A stretch of 64,000 bases of DNA from Escherichia phage vb_EcoM-VR5: the sequence record NC_028881.1; one strand, given 5' to 3'. Of this stretch, positions 45,072 through 55,786 are shown one piece after another. Each line of letters begins with the position of its first letter. Within the stretch, counting starts at the first letter, position 1. The notes below the pieces were generated by a model. It did no database searches. It saw nothing but the letters and a program-made list of their open reading frames with translations, and had not been told where the DNA came from. A program made the translations under genes and the position numbers.

Positions 45072-45890
45072 ATGGCTATTACATTAAGTCCATCTTCAAT
45101 AGACGTAGAATACGGTGACTCTTATACAGTCACTGCTAATATTCCAGATATTAGCCCTGGTTCATCTATTGTGTATAACTGGACTAAGAATAAAAAATTT
45201 ATTAGTTCCGGAACTAATGTATTCACTGAAATAGCATCATCGGTAGAAACATTCAGTATTGCGTGCCGAATTGAAATTATATCACCTGATAAAAACACTG
45301 AATATATTTTATCGGATTCTTGCTTGGTTAATGTTAGTAAAAACATAAAAGCGGACGGTATAAATTCTCAGCTAGTTTATTCACCGGATGTTCATAAAAT
45401 AGGTGACCAAGTTATTCTTTCTGTAGAATCCCACCATGTAGACCCTGGCTATATTAAAGGAGTTATTTGGAAAGATCCATCGGGTAATGTCGTGTCAATT
45501 GGTAAAGAATATACGCATAAGATTAAGACGACAGAAGATGTTGTAGATGTAAAAATAGATTTGGCTTCTGAAAATTATGCATATTACAATAAAACACTTC
45601 AAATTGTTCTTAAAGCTATTGAAGAAGATAATTCGGAGTGTAGTGTAAGATATATTCATCCTTTAGACCACAGGGATTCAGGATACATCTGGATGGGTTG
45701 GTGGGTTATGGACGAAATTGAAAGGGCTACGGTAGAAGGATTAAATTGGAAAGCGCCGGACGGTACTGACCTGAAGTATAAGTGCGACTTGAAAACTCTT
45801 TCTATAATGCTTGACTTATATAATAATGTTGAAGTACAAGAATCAAGGAATGGTTATATTCTAAACAGGGCAGATTTACTTCCAAAATAA
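45072..45890 (+). CDS. Hoc-like paralog: two Ig-like domains plus a Hoc-type C-terminal capsid-binding domain
   Basis: 272 aa; C-terminal YIHPLDHRDSGYIWMGWWVMDEI...VEVQESRNGYILNRADL aligns with the Hoc C-terminus on the opposite strand (YVHPLPVRSTAYIWCGWWVMDAI...VDVQESRNGRIVHRSAL). Confidence 0.7.
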   Translation: MAITLSPSSIDVEYGDSYTVTANIPDISPGSSIVYNWTKNKKFISSGTNVFTEIASSVETFSIACRIEIISPDKNTEYILSDSCLVNVSKNIKADGINSQLVYSPDVHKIGDQVILSVESHHVDPGYIKGVIWKDPSGNVVSIGKEYTHKIKTTEDVVDVKIDLASENYAYYNKTLQIVLKAIEEDNSECSVRYIHPLDHRDSGYIWMGWWVMDEIERATVEGLNWKAPDGTDLKYKCDLKTLSIMLDLYNNVEVQESRNGYILNRADLLPK

Positions 45891-45910
45891 AAAGGGCCGC
45901 AAGGCCCTTT
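45891..45910. terminator. Bidirectional terminator between the convergent hoc-like and hoc genes
   Basis: AAAGGGCC-GCAA-GGCCCTTT hairpin. Confidence 0.6.
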
Positions 45911-45914
45911 ATCA

Positions 45915-47018
45915 TTAATAGACGTAATCGTATATAATACCAGCTTCCAATGCCGAACGGTGGACGATACGACCGTTACGAGATTCCTGTACATCAACTT
46001 CCGGGTAATCACTAAGCATTTTGGCTAATACCGCCAGATGACAATAATATGGTGTATTCTCTTTAGTGGCTTTTTTCCAATCTGTACTTTCAGATGTTAA
46101 TTTCTGAATGGCGTCCATAACCCACCAACCACACCAAATATACGCAGTACTACGAACAGGAAGTGGATGTACATAAATTAAAGGACATTCTTCTGGAACA
46201 ACAGGCTCTGCTTCTGCCACCGTAACAGACTTATTACCTGATTTAACTGAATTTGTAAAGCCTGTTTGCGATGCTGTAACTTCACAAGTATATGACTTCA
46301 AGCCTTCAGTGGATTCCGTTATTGCTCTTGTTGCTTCTGTTGAGTTGTCGTCCCATTTATATGCAAGAGTAGCGCCAGGAATAGCAGGGGACACAGAAGC
46401 TGTCAAATTGAATGGAACATCAACCGTCGCAGTAGACGGGCCTGAAATCTCAACAGTGAACTCAGGAAATGTATTGTTTTCGACCGTAACAACTACTGCA
46501 TCAGGATTAATAACTTGATTGTCATAATCTGCCGCAGAAACGGTAATTTGGCAAGTTAAAGAAACCGGTCCTGCAACAGTAGCGGTACGAGTAATATCTT
46601 TAGTAGTTTCACCAGTAGACCACAAATATGCTATTGTAGCTCCACCTGGTTCACCTGTTACATTAGCCGAAGCGTTATATTCCTGACCAACTTTAACAGT
46701 AGGAGTGGAAGTTGTTAATGTTGCAGTTGCAGCCATAGTCTTATTATTAACCGTGATGGTTGTTTGAGCCTCTGCCGTTTCAGGCTCTCCTTCTTCCGGC
46801 GTTGTGGTGGCAACAACTTTAATTACTTTTGAACCTGCTGGCCCAGCTGCAATATAATCCATAGTAGCAATAACAGAATCTTGTGGAACATCATCAACGG
46901 TCCATACAAAAGATTCGGTACCAGCGACAGCGGCTCCAGCTCCAGTGGCAGTAAAATTAGTTGTTGCACCTATAACCGCTGTAGGTGTTAAAGGGGCAAT
47001 TGATACAGTATAAGCCAT
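45915..47018 (-). CDS. hoc: Hoc, highly immunogenic outer capsid protein (three Ig-like domains plus capsid-binding domain)
   Basis: 367 aa; Ig-like repeats; C-terminal capsid-binding block; adjacent to inh as in T4. Confidence 0.85.
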   Translation of the reverse strand: MAYTVSIAPLTPTAVIGATTNFTATGAGAAVAGTESFVWTVDDVPQDSVIATMDYIAAGPAGSKVIKVVATTTPEEGEPETAEAQTTITVNNKTMAATATLTTSTPTVKVGQEYNASANVTGEPGGATIAYLWSTGETTKDITRTATVAGPVSLTCQITVSAADYDNQVINPDAVVVTVENNTFPEFTVEISGPSTATVDVPFNLTASVSPAIPGATLAYKWDDNSTEATRAITESTEGLKSYTCEVTASQTGFTNSVKSGNKSVTVAEAEPVVPEECPLIYVHPLPVRSTAYIWCGWWVMDAIQKLTSESTDWKKATKENTPYYCHLAVLAKMLSDYPEVDVQESRNGRIVHRSALEAGIIYDYVY

Positions 47019-47044
47019 AAAATCTCCAAAAGGCCCTAGTGGCC

Positions 47045-47728
47045 TTAGTTTAAACGAATAAAAGATGAGTTACGTGTTTCACGAATAAGAATGGAACCGT
47101 CACGATTGATATAGTAAATCAAACTAAACAATGTTTGGTGTGCGCTTGCATGAGTAAAAGAAGTAGGGCGTTCTTTCCAGTCCGGGGTCTCTTTAATCCA
47201 CTGGTAAATCCACCAAGGAAGAGTACAATAACCTGGGGCTTTGCCCAGCATAAGCAGATTAGGACTAAAATTTTCAGGTAATTTAAATTTAGGGTTTTCA
47301 GATTCAACAATCTTAGATACCGCTTCTTCGAACTTCTCTTCAACAAAAGGAGTTTCAACAACAGCTATTTCAACTGTTTCTGGGATATCTTTGATTTCAA
47401 TAACTTCAACAGGTTCGGCAGGGGCCGTCGGAGCGTCAAATAATAATTTAGCTTCAATTTTAGATTCTTCAACATTTGCCAGGTGAGCATTAGTGCCCTG
47501 AAGCTCATCGTCGGCATCGATTAAATCAGTAATAGATAAACCTTCAGTTTCAGGTATAGGTTCATCTGCTATAGCCTTAAGGGCTTCAGCGATGTCTATT
47601 ACCAAGTTGTCAAAACTTTTAGTTTTCTTAAGTTTTAAACCGAACTGTTCGCCGTATTCGATTAACTTAGCTTTAGCTTCTTTTTTATCTTCGAGTGAAC
47701 GAAGCTCTTCAATATATTGAGTATCCAT
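47045..47728 (-). CDS. inh: Inh, inhibitor of prohead protease gp21
   Basis: 227 aa; position hoc-inh; late promoter at 47761-47768. Confidence 0.75.
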   Translation of the reverse strand: MDTQYIEELRSLEDKKEAKAKLIEYGEQFGLKLKKTKSFDNLVIDIAEALKAIADEPIPETEGLSITDLIDADDELQGTNAHLANVEESKIEAKLLFDAPTAPAEPVEVIEIKDIPETVEIAVVETPFVEEKFEEAVSKIVESENPKFKLPENFSPNLLMLGKAPGYCTLPWWIYQWIKETPDWKERPTSFTHASAHQTLFSLIYYINRDGSILIRETRNSSFIRLN

Positions 47729-47746
47729 AATTAGTCTCTTGTTGGT

Positions 47747-47768
47747 GTATAAATATAACTATATTTAT
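47747..47768. promoter_or_regulatory. Divergent late promoters: TATAAATA plus-strand 47747-47754 (uvsW) and minus-strand 47761-47768 (inh/hoc)
   Basis: Exact octamers on both strands. Confidence 0.6.
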
Positions 47769-47783
47769 AACTGAGAATTAGAC

Positions 47784-49280
47784 ATGCAAATTCAAGTACA
47801 TTTTGATAATTTTAGTCATGTTCGTATTGAGTGTGATGAATCCACATTCTACGAACTTAGAGACTATTTCAGTTTTGAAGCTGATGGATACAAATTTAAC
47901 CCTAAATATCGTTATGGTCAATGGGACGGGAGAATTCGTCTTCTAGATTATAACCGTAAACTTCCATACGGTTTAGTCCCACAAATTAAAAAATTCGCTG
48001 ACCAGTTTGAATACTCTCTTTGGATAGACCCTCGTATTCTTGAACAAGAAGATATTTCTCGTGAAGATTTTGACTCATGGGTGGCTTCCCAGGAAATTTA
48101 TTCGGGTTCTACCAAGATTGAGCCTCATTGGTATCAGAGTGAAGCAGTATACAACGGCCTGACAAAACGTCGTGCAATTCTGAATTTACCTACATCTGCA
48201 GGTAAATCATTGATTCAGGCGCTCCTGAGTCGATATTACGTTGAGAACTATGAAGGTAAAATTTTAATCCTTGTCCCAACTACTGCACTCGTCGACCAGA
48301 TGATTAATGACTTCATCGATTATCGCTTGTTCCCTAAATCTGCTATGCTTGGTATTCGTTCAGGTACTGCACGTGATTCAGATGCAATGATTTATGTTTC
48401 AACTTATCAGACTGCTATTAAACAACCTAAAGAATGGTTTGCCCAGTTTGGTATGTTTATGAACGATGAATGTCATTTGGCTACAGGTAAATCAATTTCT
48501 ACTATTATCGAAGGCCTTACCAATTGTATGTTTAAATTTGGTTTGTCTGGTTCTTTAAAAGATGGTAAAGCTAACCTTATGCAATACATGGGTTTGTTTG
48601 GTGATATTTTTAAACCCGTTTCCACCTCCCAATTAATGGAAGAAGGACAGGTCACTGATTTAAAAATAAACAGTATTTTCCTTCGTTACCCTGATGAATT
48701 CACCATTAAGATGAAAGGTAAAGATTACCAATCAGAAATTAAAGTCATTACTAAGGCTACTCGTCGTAATAAATGGGTTGCTAATTTAGCTGTTAAACTC
48801 GCTAAGAAAGAAGAGAATGTATTCTTGATGTTTAAAAACATCGAGCATGGTAAAACTCTTTTTGAAATGGTTAAAGAGCAACATAAAGAAGTTTATTACG
48901 TATCAGGCGAAGTTAATACAGAAACTCGTAATGCTCTTAAGTTAATGGCTGAAAATGGTAAGGGTATTATTGTTGTGGCAAGTTATGGTGTATTTTCTAC
49001 AGGTATTTCTGTTAAGAATCTCCATCACGTAATATTTGCCCATCCTGTAAAATCTAAAATTATTGTGCTGCAAACCATCGGTCGTGTACTTCGTAAACAT
49101 GCATCCAAGACCACCGCACAGGTTTGGGATATTATAGACGACATGGGCGTTAAGCCTAAATCAGCAAATGCCAAAAAGAAGTATGTTCATTTGAATTATG
49201 CATTAAAACATGCCTTAGAACGTATTCAACGTTATGCTGACGAAAAATTTAATTACGTAATGAAACAGGTGGATTTATGA
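47784..49280 (+). CDS. uvsW: UvsW superfamily-2 helicase
   Basis: 498 aa; Walker A LPTSAGKS, DECH box. Confidence 0.9.
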   Translation: MQIQVHFDNFSHVRIECDESTFYELRDYFSFEADGYKFNPKYRYGQWDGRIRLLDYNRKLPYGLVPQIKKFADQFEYSLWIDPRILEQEDISREDFDSWVASQEIYSGSTKIEPHWYQSEAVYNGLTKRRAILNLPTSAGKSLIQALLSRYYVENYEGKILILVPTTALVDQMINDFIDYRLFPKSAMLGIRSGTARDSDAMIYVSTYQTAIKQPKEWFAQFGMFMNDECHLATGKSISTIIEGLTNCMFKFGLSGSLKDGKANLMQYMGLFGDIFKPVSTSQLMEEGQVTDLKINSIFLRYPDEFTIKMKGKDYQSEIKVITKATRRNKWVANLAVKLAKKEENVFLMFKNIEHGKTLFEMVKEQHKEVYYVSGEVNTETRNALKLMAENGKGIIVVASYGVFSTGISVKNLHHVIFAHPVKSKIIVLQTIGRVLRKHASKTTAQVWDIIDDMGVKPKSANAKKKYVHLNYALKHALERIQRYADEKFNYVMKQVDL

Positions 49281-49504
49281 AGTCCTTTAAAGAAGTTATC
49301 TATGAAGCCTCTATCGAGAGCTTCATGTCTAAAATTAGTTCTTGCCAAACCATGGACGGTTTGGAGGAATTGGAGAAGTATTACAAAACCCGAAGTAAAG
49401 AAGCCGAACTTCGTGATTCGGATGATATCAGTGTCCGTGATGCCCTAGCAGGTAAACGATCTGAATTAGAATCTATGGATGATGACGAAGAAGAAGAGTT
49501 CTAA
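49277..49504 (+). CDS. uvsW.1: UvsW.1 small acidic protein
   Basis: 75 aa, start overlaps the uvsW stop; acidic C-terminus DDDEEEEF. Confidence 0.75.
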   Translation: MKSFKEVIYEASIESFMSKISSCQTMDGLEELEKYYKTRSKEAELRDSDDISVRDALAGKRSELESMDDDEEEEF

Positions 49505-49508
49505 AACA

Positions 49509-49536
49509 AAAAAAGGCCCAACCTTTCGGAAGGGCC
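49509..49536 (-). terminator. Rho-independent terminator (identical 28-nt element to 3744-3771)
   Basis: Same GGCCCAACCTTTCGGAAGGGCC hairpin preceded on the plus strand by an A-run (T-run on the minus strand). Confidence 0.55.
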
Positions 49537-49567
49537 AATAACCATAAAAATGGCTATACACACTAGA

Positions 49568-49735
49568 CTAAAGCAATAATTGTGTTTCGTTCAGCTGTTC
49601 TTCAGTGTTTTCCGTAACAGGCATGCTTTGAACGTAATTATAACATGGACCTGGATGAACCGGACCTTTTTCTGTTTCAACAACCAATGCAGCATCGATT
49701 GGAGTTTTACAGACAACGCAAATCTTATCTGACAT
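49568..49735 (-). CDS. Small Cys-containing protein (55 aa), not in the ORF track
   Basis: ATG preceded by AAGGAGA; MSDKICVVCK...PCYNY suggests a small zinc-ribbon-like protein. Confidence 0.4.
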   Translation of the reverse strand: MSDKICVVCKTPIDAALVVETEKGPVHPGPCYNYVQSMPVTENTEEQLNETQLLL

Positions 49736-49875
49736 GATTGTCTCCTTAGTTTATCTTACATATCTATTTATTACTCTTCATAATAGCAGCACGAGCTTTC
49801 ATCTCATTAACAATTTCGGTTATTCGGTTTGCAGAGATAACCATCTCGTCGAGAATCTTACTAATATTTTTTCAT

Positions 49876-50109
49876 TTAACTTTCCTTAAAGTATCTCATA
49901 CCCGTATCTATCCCCATATTGTGAGAATAGAACGCATCATCGATGTATCCTGCAAATTTACCTTTAACATAGATAACATCTTCACCACAAGGGTGGTCAG
50001 CGCAGATACGAATATCTGCACGATTCAATTTCCATTCCTTCATCATATACTTAATTTCTTCTTCGAACTCTTCGTCTTGGTTAAACGCATCGTCGATAGA
50101 ATATCGCAT
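49876..50109 (-). CDS. Small acidic protein in the uvsY.-1 position
   Basis: 77 aa ORF immediately downstream of uvsY. Confidence 0.5.
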   Translation of the reverse strand: MRYSIDDAFNQDEEFEEEIKYMMKEWKLNRADIRICADHPCGEDVIYVKGKFAGYIDDAFYSHNMGIDTGMRYFKES

Positions 50110-50543
50110 TACTTGCCTGCCTCAAATTGTCTCATCTCATGCATTGTCTTAAGGTTAAAACCCCGTGCCTTAATAGCATCTAATGCCGAACTACAAAAGT
50201 CTTGTAATAAAGCCCAATACTGGATTGATGTATCGATTTTAATTACGCTTGAATCCGCAGCCATTACGGTCTTTAATTCCGACTTCTCGTACTGGTCCAT
50301 ACAAACCTCATCACCAGGCTCTCCACGTCCCGTGTAGAAATCTAATCTCTTCTTAAGAGAGGTCTTTTTCTGGATTTCTAATCGCATTATCTCTTTCTTA
50401 CAATTCGTATATAGTCTTAGCCATTTGCTGTGCAGCAAAACGTTGTTCTGTACTTCATACTGTAAACGAGTCCCATCAATCTTTAAATCTTCATCTAATG
50501 CATCTTGGAACGATTCTAATTTATATTCAATCTCTTTACTCAT
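50109..50543 (-). CDS. uvsY: UvsY recombination mediator protein
   Basis: ORF 50109..50609; start assigned to MSKEIEYKLESF (144 aa) with AGGAAA upstream. Confidence 0.85.
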   Translation of the reverse strand: MSKEIEYKLESFQDALDEDLKIDGTRLQYEVQNNVLLHSKWLRLYTNCKKEIMRLEIQKKTSLKKRLDFYTGRGEPGDEVCMDQYEKSELKTVMAADSSVIKIDTSIQYWALLQDFCSSALDAIKARGFNLKTMHEMRQFEAGK

Positions 50544-50601
50544 AGCATGTTTCCTGTTGAATGACCGTAGGACCATTATACACCATTTGTTTGTACAGCA
50601 A

Positions 50602-50991
50602 TTAACCACTCTGTGAGAGCTGGATTCTAATTTGCTCTAATGTGTCCGGGTCGTCAACAATACTAAACTGGACTGTTACTATAATAGAGTTGTCATCATA
50701 AACAGGGGTTACACCTACAGCAAGAGCAGAAATTCTGGGTTCGAAGTTCCGCACGGCGGAAACTATATTACGCTTAATGGTATCTGTTATTAATGGGGTA
50801 ATATTCTCAAACAACTGATTGCTAATATCACATCCAAATTCAGGCATAAAAGGGCGAGAACCTTTACGAGTAGTAATAATGCCTAACAAACTATTTTTTA
50901 CTGCACGGGACCCTGTAGCTTTAGCGACGTCTCTATTCCAAGACGTCCTCATTTCGGGGTCCAAATCTGAATACATTTTATTGATATTCAT
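50602..50991 (-). CDS. 25: gp25 baseplate wedge protein
   Basis: 129 aa; N-terminal motif LLGIITTRKGSRPF.PEFGCD. Confidence 0.92.
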   Translation of the reverse strand: MNINKMYSDLDPEMRTSWNRDVAKATGSRAVKNSLLGIITTRKGSRPFMPEFGCDISNQLFENITPLITDTIKRNIVSAVRNFEPRISALAVGVTPVYDDNSIIVTVQFSIVDDPDTLEQIRIQLSQSG

Positions 50992-51614
50992 TACATCACC
51001 TTAAAGAACTCTTTAAGTCCCTCAATAACGTGGACGGTGTGCTCACCACATTCACAAGAAATAGGTATAGCCAAAATAGGCTTAGGGGCGACTAGAGCGT
51101 CATAAACTTCTTTTATATCTTTTTCTGTTATCACAGAATAAAGGTCATCTAGTTCCGCATCACTTAAATCGGAAAGAAGAAGCTTTTCGCCTGCAGAAGT
51201 TAAAATATAATCGATACACCCTGCGACCATCATAGCTCTATTTTTGTCTTCAAAGAGTTTAGGATATCTGAACACAATTTTAAAGTTACCAAAGTCCTTA
51301 ATAACATCAGGCTCTTTACCTAATGTAGCGCGAGTTAATGTCATAGGGACAACCTGTGAGCGACCACAACTACAAACCCACTCACGTTCTATATTCACTT
51401 CAGCTAATGAATGGGCCCACAGGTTTATCACCAGGAGATCAGATTCTTGCTTGTTTAAATCACGAGCATCTGTGCAATTCAAAATGAGTTCATTGATAAA
51501 GGACTCTATTCTGTCTTCTAATTTAGCTTGGAGCAAGTCCTTATACTCTCTGAGGGTAAATGCTCTGCATTTTATAGTCTTGTTTTTAATTTTTACATCA
51601 AAAGTATAATTCAT
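50991..51614 (-). CDS. 26: gp26 baseplate hub protein
   Basis: 207 aa; T4 order 25-26-51. Confidence 0.8.
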   Translation of the reverse strand: MNYTFDVKIKNKTIKCRAFTLREYKDLLQAKLEDRIESFINELILNCTDARDLNKQESDLLVINLWAHSLAEVNIEREWVCSCGRSQVVPMTLTRATLGKEPDVIKDFGNFKIVFRYPKLFEDKNRAMMVAGCIDYILTSAGEKLLLSDLSDAELDDLYSVITEKDIKEVYDALVAPKPILAIPISCECGEHTVHVIEGLKEFFKVM

Positions 51615-51632
51615 TGTCTTCTCCTTTAAGCT

Positions 51633-51644
51633 TATTTATAAATA
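51633..51644. promoter_or_regulatory. Palindromic bidirectional late promoter TATTTATAAATA (genes 26 and 51)
   Basis: Perfect 12-nt palindrome containing TATAAATA on both strands, placed between divergent genes. Confidence 0.6.
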
Positions 51645-51664
51645 CATCAATAAGAGGATACCTT

Positions 51665-52417
51665 ATGGCTAATATAGTACGTTGCGAAATGCCTGATGGA
51701 GTCCACCGATTTAAACCTTTTACCGTAGCTGATTATCGTGATTTTATTTTGATTCGAAATGATATGAATAACAAATCACCTGAAGAGCAAAAACAAATTT
51801 TAGATGAGTTACTAGAAGAATATTTCGGTGAGTACCCTATGTCATGGCGACCATACATGTTTATTGAACTGTATACGTCATCTCTCGGCAAGACCAAAAT
51901 TCCTATCCGTTACACTTGCAGTAAGTGTGAAAAAGATAGACAAGTTTTATTTAATTTGAAGCAGACTAAGTTAGATAACCCTACAATTGAAGTGGCTGGC
52001 TTGAAACTGACCTTCAAATTCCCTGAAATAGAATATCATGATAAATCTGAATTGATTTTGAATACCCTCCAAACCGTAGAAGATGAAAACGGGGTTTATA
52101 ATTGGGTAGACCTTTCTGAAGAGGACCAGTTAGCTGTAATAGATGCTATAGACTTATCTACTTTAGAGGATATAGTCAAACAAACCAGCCCTATTCATTT
52201 CGAACTCAAGTATGGATGCTGTAATCGTAGAACAATTACGTATACCGATATTTTAGAAGTGTTTAAGCTTATAGTCAATCCGGATGAGATATTTTTATTT
52301 TACCAAATAAACCATTTACTGGTAAAGAACAATTATTCGTTAGAAAGCATTATGCAGATGATTCCAATCGAACGCGGTATTGCTTTGTCTTTGGTTGAAA
52401 AGGACCTTAAGAAATGA
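51665..52417 (+). CDS. 51: gp51 baseplate hub assembly protein
   Basis: ORF 51614..52417; start assigned to [12 protein letters not shown] (250 aa) with AAGAGGA ribosome-binding site. Confidence 0.8.
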   Translation: MANIVRCEMPDGVHRFKPFTVADYRDFILIRNDMNNKSPEEQKQILDELLEEYFGEYPMSWRPYMFIELYTSSLGKTKIPIRYTCSKCEKDRQVLFNLKQTKLDNPTIEVAGLKLTFKFPEIEYHDKSELILNTLQTVEDENGVYNWVDLSEEDQLAVIDAIDLSTLEDIVKQTSPIHFELKYGCCNRRTITYTDILEVFKLIVNPDEIFLFYQINHLLVKNNYSLESIMQMIPIERGIALSLVEKDLKK

Positions 52418-53583
52418 GTTCAAAAACTATGCAGCGTGAAGGCTTTCCTAATATTAGTATACGCCTTTACGAAGATTATGACGCCTGGTTAGAGCATCGT
52501 TTTGTTGAACTAGGCGCGACATTTACTACCCTAACAATGCGAGACGGGCTTTACGGTAGTAATGAAGGATTGCTCCAGTTTTATGATGCAAAAAACCTTC
52601 ATACCAAAATGGATGGTGAACAGATTATCCAAGTTTCCGTTAAGAACGCCAACTCAGAACGTACCCAATCAAGAATTTATGGAACCAAGCATTTTGCCGT
52701 AGGAGTGGATTCTAAGGGCGATAATATCATAACAATACAACTCGCCCCGATCCACTTTTTAGAAAATCTTAAATTCGGACGTATGTTTTTCCCTAGTGTT
52801 CAAGAAACATTAACTGAAATGATTGGGGTTATTTACCAGGACCGACCGCTTCTTGCCCCACCACTGAACGGGATAAACGTTTATGTTCCTAATGTCCCGT
52901 GGTGTGATTCTATGGATAGATATATGGAGTTTGTACGAGAAGTCGGTATGGCCGTTGAATCTGATAAATTTGTATTTGTTTGGGAAGATATAGATGGTAT
53001 TTCTATTATGGACTACGAATTTATGGTTAATCAAGAGCCGATCAATTTTGTAGTAGGTGAGCCTCGTTTAATAGGACAGTATGTCCAAGATATGGACACT
53101 CCTATTGCATTTGATTTTGAGTGGCTAACTAAAGCTAACCAACATAGCCGAAAACCATACGAAAACGCCACAGTATACGCCCATTCGTTCTTAGATAAAA
53201 ACGCTACACGAATTACTTTTGGAGACGGGCAAAACAGTATATTAGTTTCTCGTTCCGGTGGATATTCTGATTATACATATCGAAACGGATTTGAAGAAGC
53301 CGATAGATTAGTTACTATGGCCCAGTATGATGGATATGCTCATTGCAAGGTATACGGGAACTTTGAATTAACCCCAGGTGATAAGATTAATTTCTATGAC
53401 CCTAAAAACCAATTCCAGTACGATTTTTATGTAGACGAAGTTATTCATGAAGTGAGTAACAATACATCAATTACAAACCTTTATATGTTTACCAATGGTA
53501 AGCCTATTAAGATTGAAGAACCACCGAAGGTTAAAAATGAACTTAAAACTGATACTCCCGATCAAGAAAATAACGCTGGGTGA
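52414..53583 (+). CDS. 27: gp27 baseplate hub protein
   Basis: 389 aa; T4 order. Confidence 0.9.
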   Translation: MSSKTMQREGFPNISIRLYEDYDAWLEHRFVELGATFTTLTMRDGLYGSNEGLLQFYDAKNLHTKMDGEQIIQVSVKNANSERTQSRIYGTKHFAVGVDSKGDNIITIQLAPIHFLENLKFGRMFFPSVQETLTEMIGVIYQDRPLLAPPLNGINVYVPNVPWCDSMDRYMEFVREVGMAVESDKFVFVWEDIDGISIMDYEFMVNQEPINFVVGEPRLIGQYVQDMDTPIAFDFEWLTKANQHSRKPYENATVYAHSFLDKNATRITFGDGQNSILVSRSGGYSDYTYRNGFEEADRLVTMAQYDGYAHCKVYGNFELTPGDKINFYDPKNQFQYDFYVDEVIHEVSNNTSITNLYMFTNGKPIKIEEPPKVKNELKTDTPDQENNAG

Positions 53584-54058
53584 TAAAGAGATTTCTATTC
53601 CTAAATTAGGTCTTAAACACCAGAAATTGGTTAAAGATGAAAAGGACCCTTATAAAGCTCTTCATATATTAATGGATTCCATTTATAAGGGTTTAACTGC
53701 AGCAGAAACTGATTTTGCTGCACTCCATCTTTTAGAATTCAACGGACGGCTAAAAGAAAAAGTAACCAAAGACGGGTTTACATATAATCTAAATGACCTT
53801 TATATCTGTCAACGTCTTGAATTCCAATTCCAAGGTAAAACGTTTAAATTTAAATCACACAATCCATTCCAAACATTTGGTCCTGTTGATAGTGTACTAC
53901 AATCTCTTTATCTTGGTGATGATGTACCAGATTTTCTGGATATGCCTGCCTTTGTTGCGACATGGGCCGACGATATAACTTCTACTGTAGCTATCCCTGG
54001 TCCTAATGGTCCTATTAAAGGATTGCTTAAAATCATGGATATCTTAAATGAAGAATGA
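53537..54058 (+). CDS. 28: gp28 baseplate hub distal protein
   Basis: ORF 53495..54058; start probably MNLKLILP at 53537 (overlaps gp27 end). Confidence 0.75.
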   Translation: MNLKLILPIKKITLGDKEISIPKLGLKHQKLVKDEKDPYKALHILMDSIYKGLTAAETDFAALHLLEFNGRLKEKVTKDGFTYNLNDLYICQRLEFQFQGKTFKFKSHNPFQTFGPVDSVLQSLYLGDDVPDFLDMPAFVATWADDITSTVAIPGPNGPIKGLLKIMDILNEE

Positions 54059-55784
54059 ATCTAATCAGAATAGTTTTCGTCGCAATAAACTGATTGAAGA
54101 AATGGCTCCTCAGCGTCGTGCTGAGGCGCTAGCCCAAACTCAGAACGACGAATTAGGGAATATAACAGAAGCTTTATCAGAAACCCAGGCGACGTCTGAA
54201 TTGCTCTCTGAAGTTGTTGAAACAAAGTCTAATCAGATTATTAGTTCTGTAGACCGAGTAGATAAAAGTGTCCAAGATGTTGTCGCCGGAACAGAATTAA
54301 CAGCTGAAGCTATATCAGAACAGACCCAACAATCTAAAGCTCTTTCAGACGCATTAAACGAAAAGATTAATAAGCTTTCTAATATGTTGGAGGCTAAATT
54401 TTCTGGTATTTCTATACCTCCAGAAGGGAGCTCGCTAAAGGTTATTGAGGACTCTATTCCAGAAGAACCTAAGGCCGAAACTCCTAAAGTCCCGGCAGTT
54501 ATTGAAGATATTCTCCCGCCGGAAGATAATAAACCTGATGCTGAATTTGTACCAGAGCCTCCTAAAAATTCGGATGAAGGTGGAGAAGGTGGTAAGAGTT
54601 CTCTTTCTGATAAAATTGAAGCCCTTACAAAAATAACCGAAAAAGGATTTAAAGCTTCTGTAAGCGTAGCCGATAGAATTTCAGGTATGCTTTTTAAGTA
54701 TACCATTACTGCTGCCGCTGAAGCAGCTAAACTGGCCGCTGGTCTGGTCCTTTTAATATTTGGTATAGATGCCATTAGAGTTTACTTCCAATATTTTATG
54801 AAGCAATTTGAAGCCGGTTGGAAAGAATTTAATGAAAAGTTTAAAGAGTGGGGACCCGTACTTGAAGGATTAATGACTTGGGCCAAGAATGCTGAAGCCA
54901 TGTTTAGTGAAGGAAATTGGCTAGGCCTGGCTGAAGCTATTATTCGTGGTATGGTTAATCTTACTAAAAATATGGCACAACTTTTAATGCTTGGTATTTC
55001 TAAGTTGATTTCAGCTATTTTAAGTAAAATACCTGGTATGGGTGATTTAGCTGAAAATGTAGAGGCGTCCGCTTTAATGTCGTATCAACAAAATACAGGA
55101 GCCACTTTAGATGACGAAGACCAAACTAAAGTAGCCAAGTACCATGATAGACGTTCAGCAGAGGCTTTAGAAACAGCCGAGAAAATGAATAAGAAGTATA
55201 AAGATAAACCTGAGCTTATAAACCAGGCAGAGAAATACGGTAACCTTACCAAAGAACAAGCTGACCAGTTACGTGCAGGTGGTATTGACACAAGCTTCCG
55301 CGATCTCCCTGAAGAAGAACGTTTGGACTATTTCAAGAAACGTGATAAAGCCCAGGCTGATATTATTCGTTTAACCCAAACCGCTGATAATATAATGAAG
55401 CCTGATTCTAAAGATATCGAAAACGCTAAGGCATTTAAAGCGGATATCGAGAAACAATTAGCCGACCCTATTATGGCTAAAGGTGGAGCACCCAAAGACC
55501 TTAATATTCAGCAATTACTTGATAAGATGAATAACTCTTTAGAGAAATTTAATGATGCTGAAAAGCCTAAACCTGCTTCTGTAGCTGAAGCCCCTGAAAC
55601 AGCTCAAGCTAAAAAGGTTGACGAGCAAATGAGAGCAAAGGAAAATGCTAAATATAGTCAGCAAGCTCCAACTCAAATAAATCAGCAAACGAATATCAAG
55701 AAAACGAGTAAGACTAGTTATAATTTACCACCACAGTCTTCTACTCCTGCCCCTGGTATGCGTCAAGCTACTAAAGTTAATTAG
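54048..55784 (+). CDS. 29: gp29 tail tube length tape-measure / baseplate hub protein
   Basis: 578 aa; T4 order. Confidence 0.9.
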   Translation: MKNESNQNSFRRNKLIEEMAPQRRAEALAQTQNDELGNITEALSETQATSELLSEVVETKSNQIISSVDRVDKSVQDVVAGTELTAEAISEQTQQSKALSDALNEKINKLSNMLEAKFSGISIPPEGSSLKVIEDSIPEEPKAETPKVPAVIEDILPPEDNKPDAEFVPEPPKNSDEGGEGGKSSLSDKIEALTKITEKGFKASVSVADRISGMLFKYTITAAAEAAKLAAGLVLLIFGIDAIRVYFQYFMKQFEAGWKEFNEKFKEWGPVLEGLMTWAKNAEAMFSEGNWLGLAEAIIRGMVNLTKNMAQLLMLGISKLISAILSKIPGMGDLAENVEASALMSYQQNTGATLDDEDQTKVAKYHDRRSAEALETAEKMNKKYKDKPELINQAEKYGNLTKEQADQLRAGGIDTSFRDLPEEERLDYFKKRDKAQADIIRLTQTADNIMKPDSKDIENAKAFKADIEKQLADPIMAKGGAPKDLNIQQLLDKMNNSLEKFNDAEKPKPASVAEAPETAQAKKVDEQMRAKENAKYSQQAPTQINQQTNIKKTSKTSYNLPPQSSTPAPGMRQATKVN

Positions 55785-55786
55785 GA

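Noticed and set aside
49921-50337. 138 aa plus-strand ORF overlapping the uvsY region
   Set aside because: Antisense to uvsY and its downstream small gene, which have recognisable homology and ribosome-binding sites
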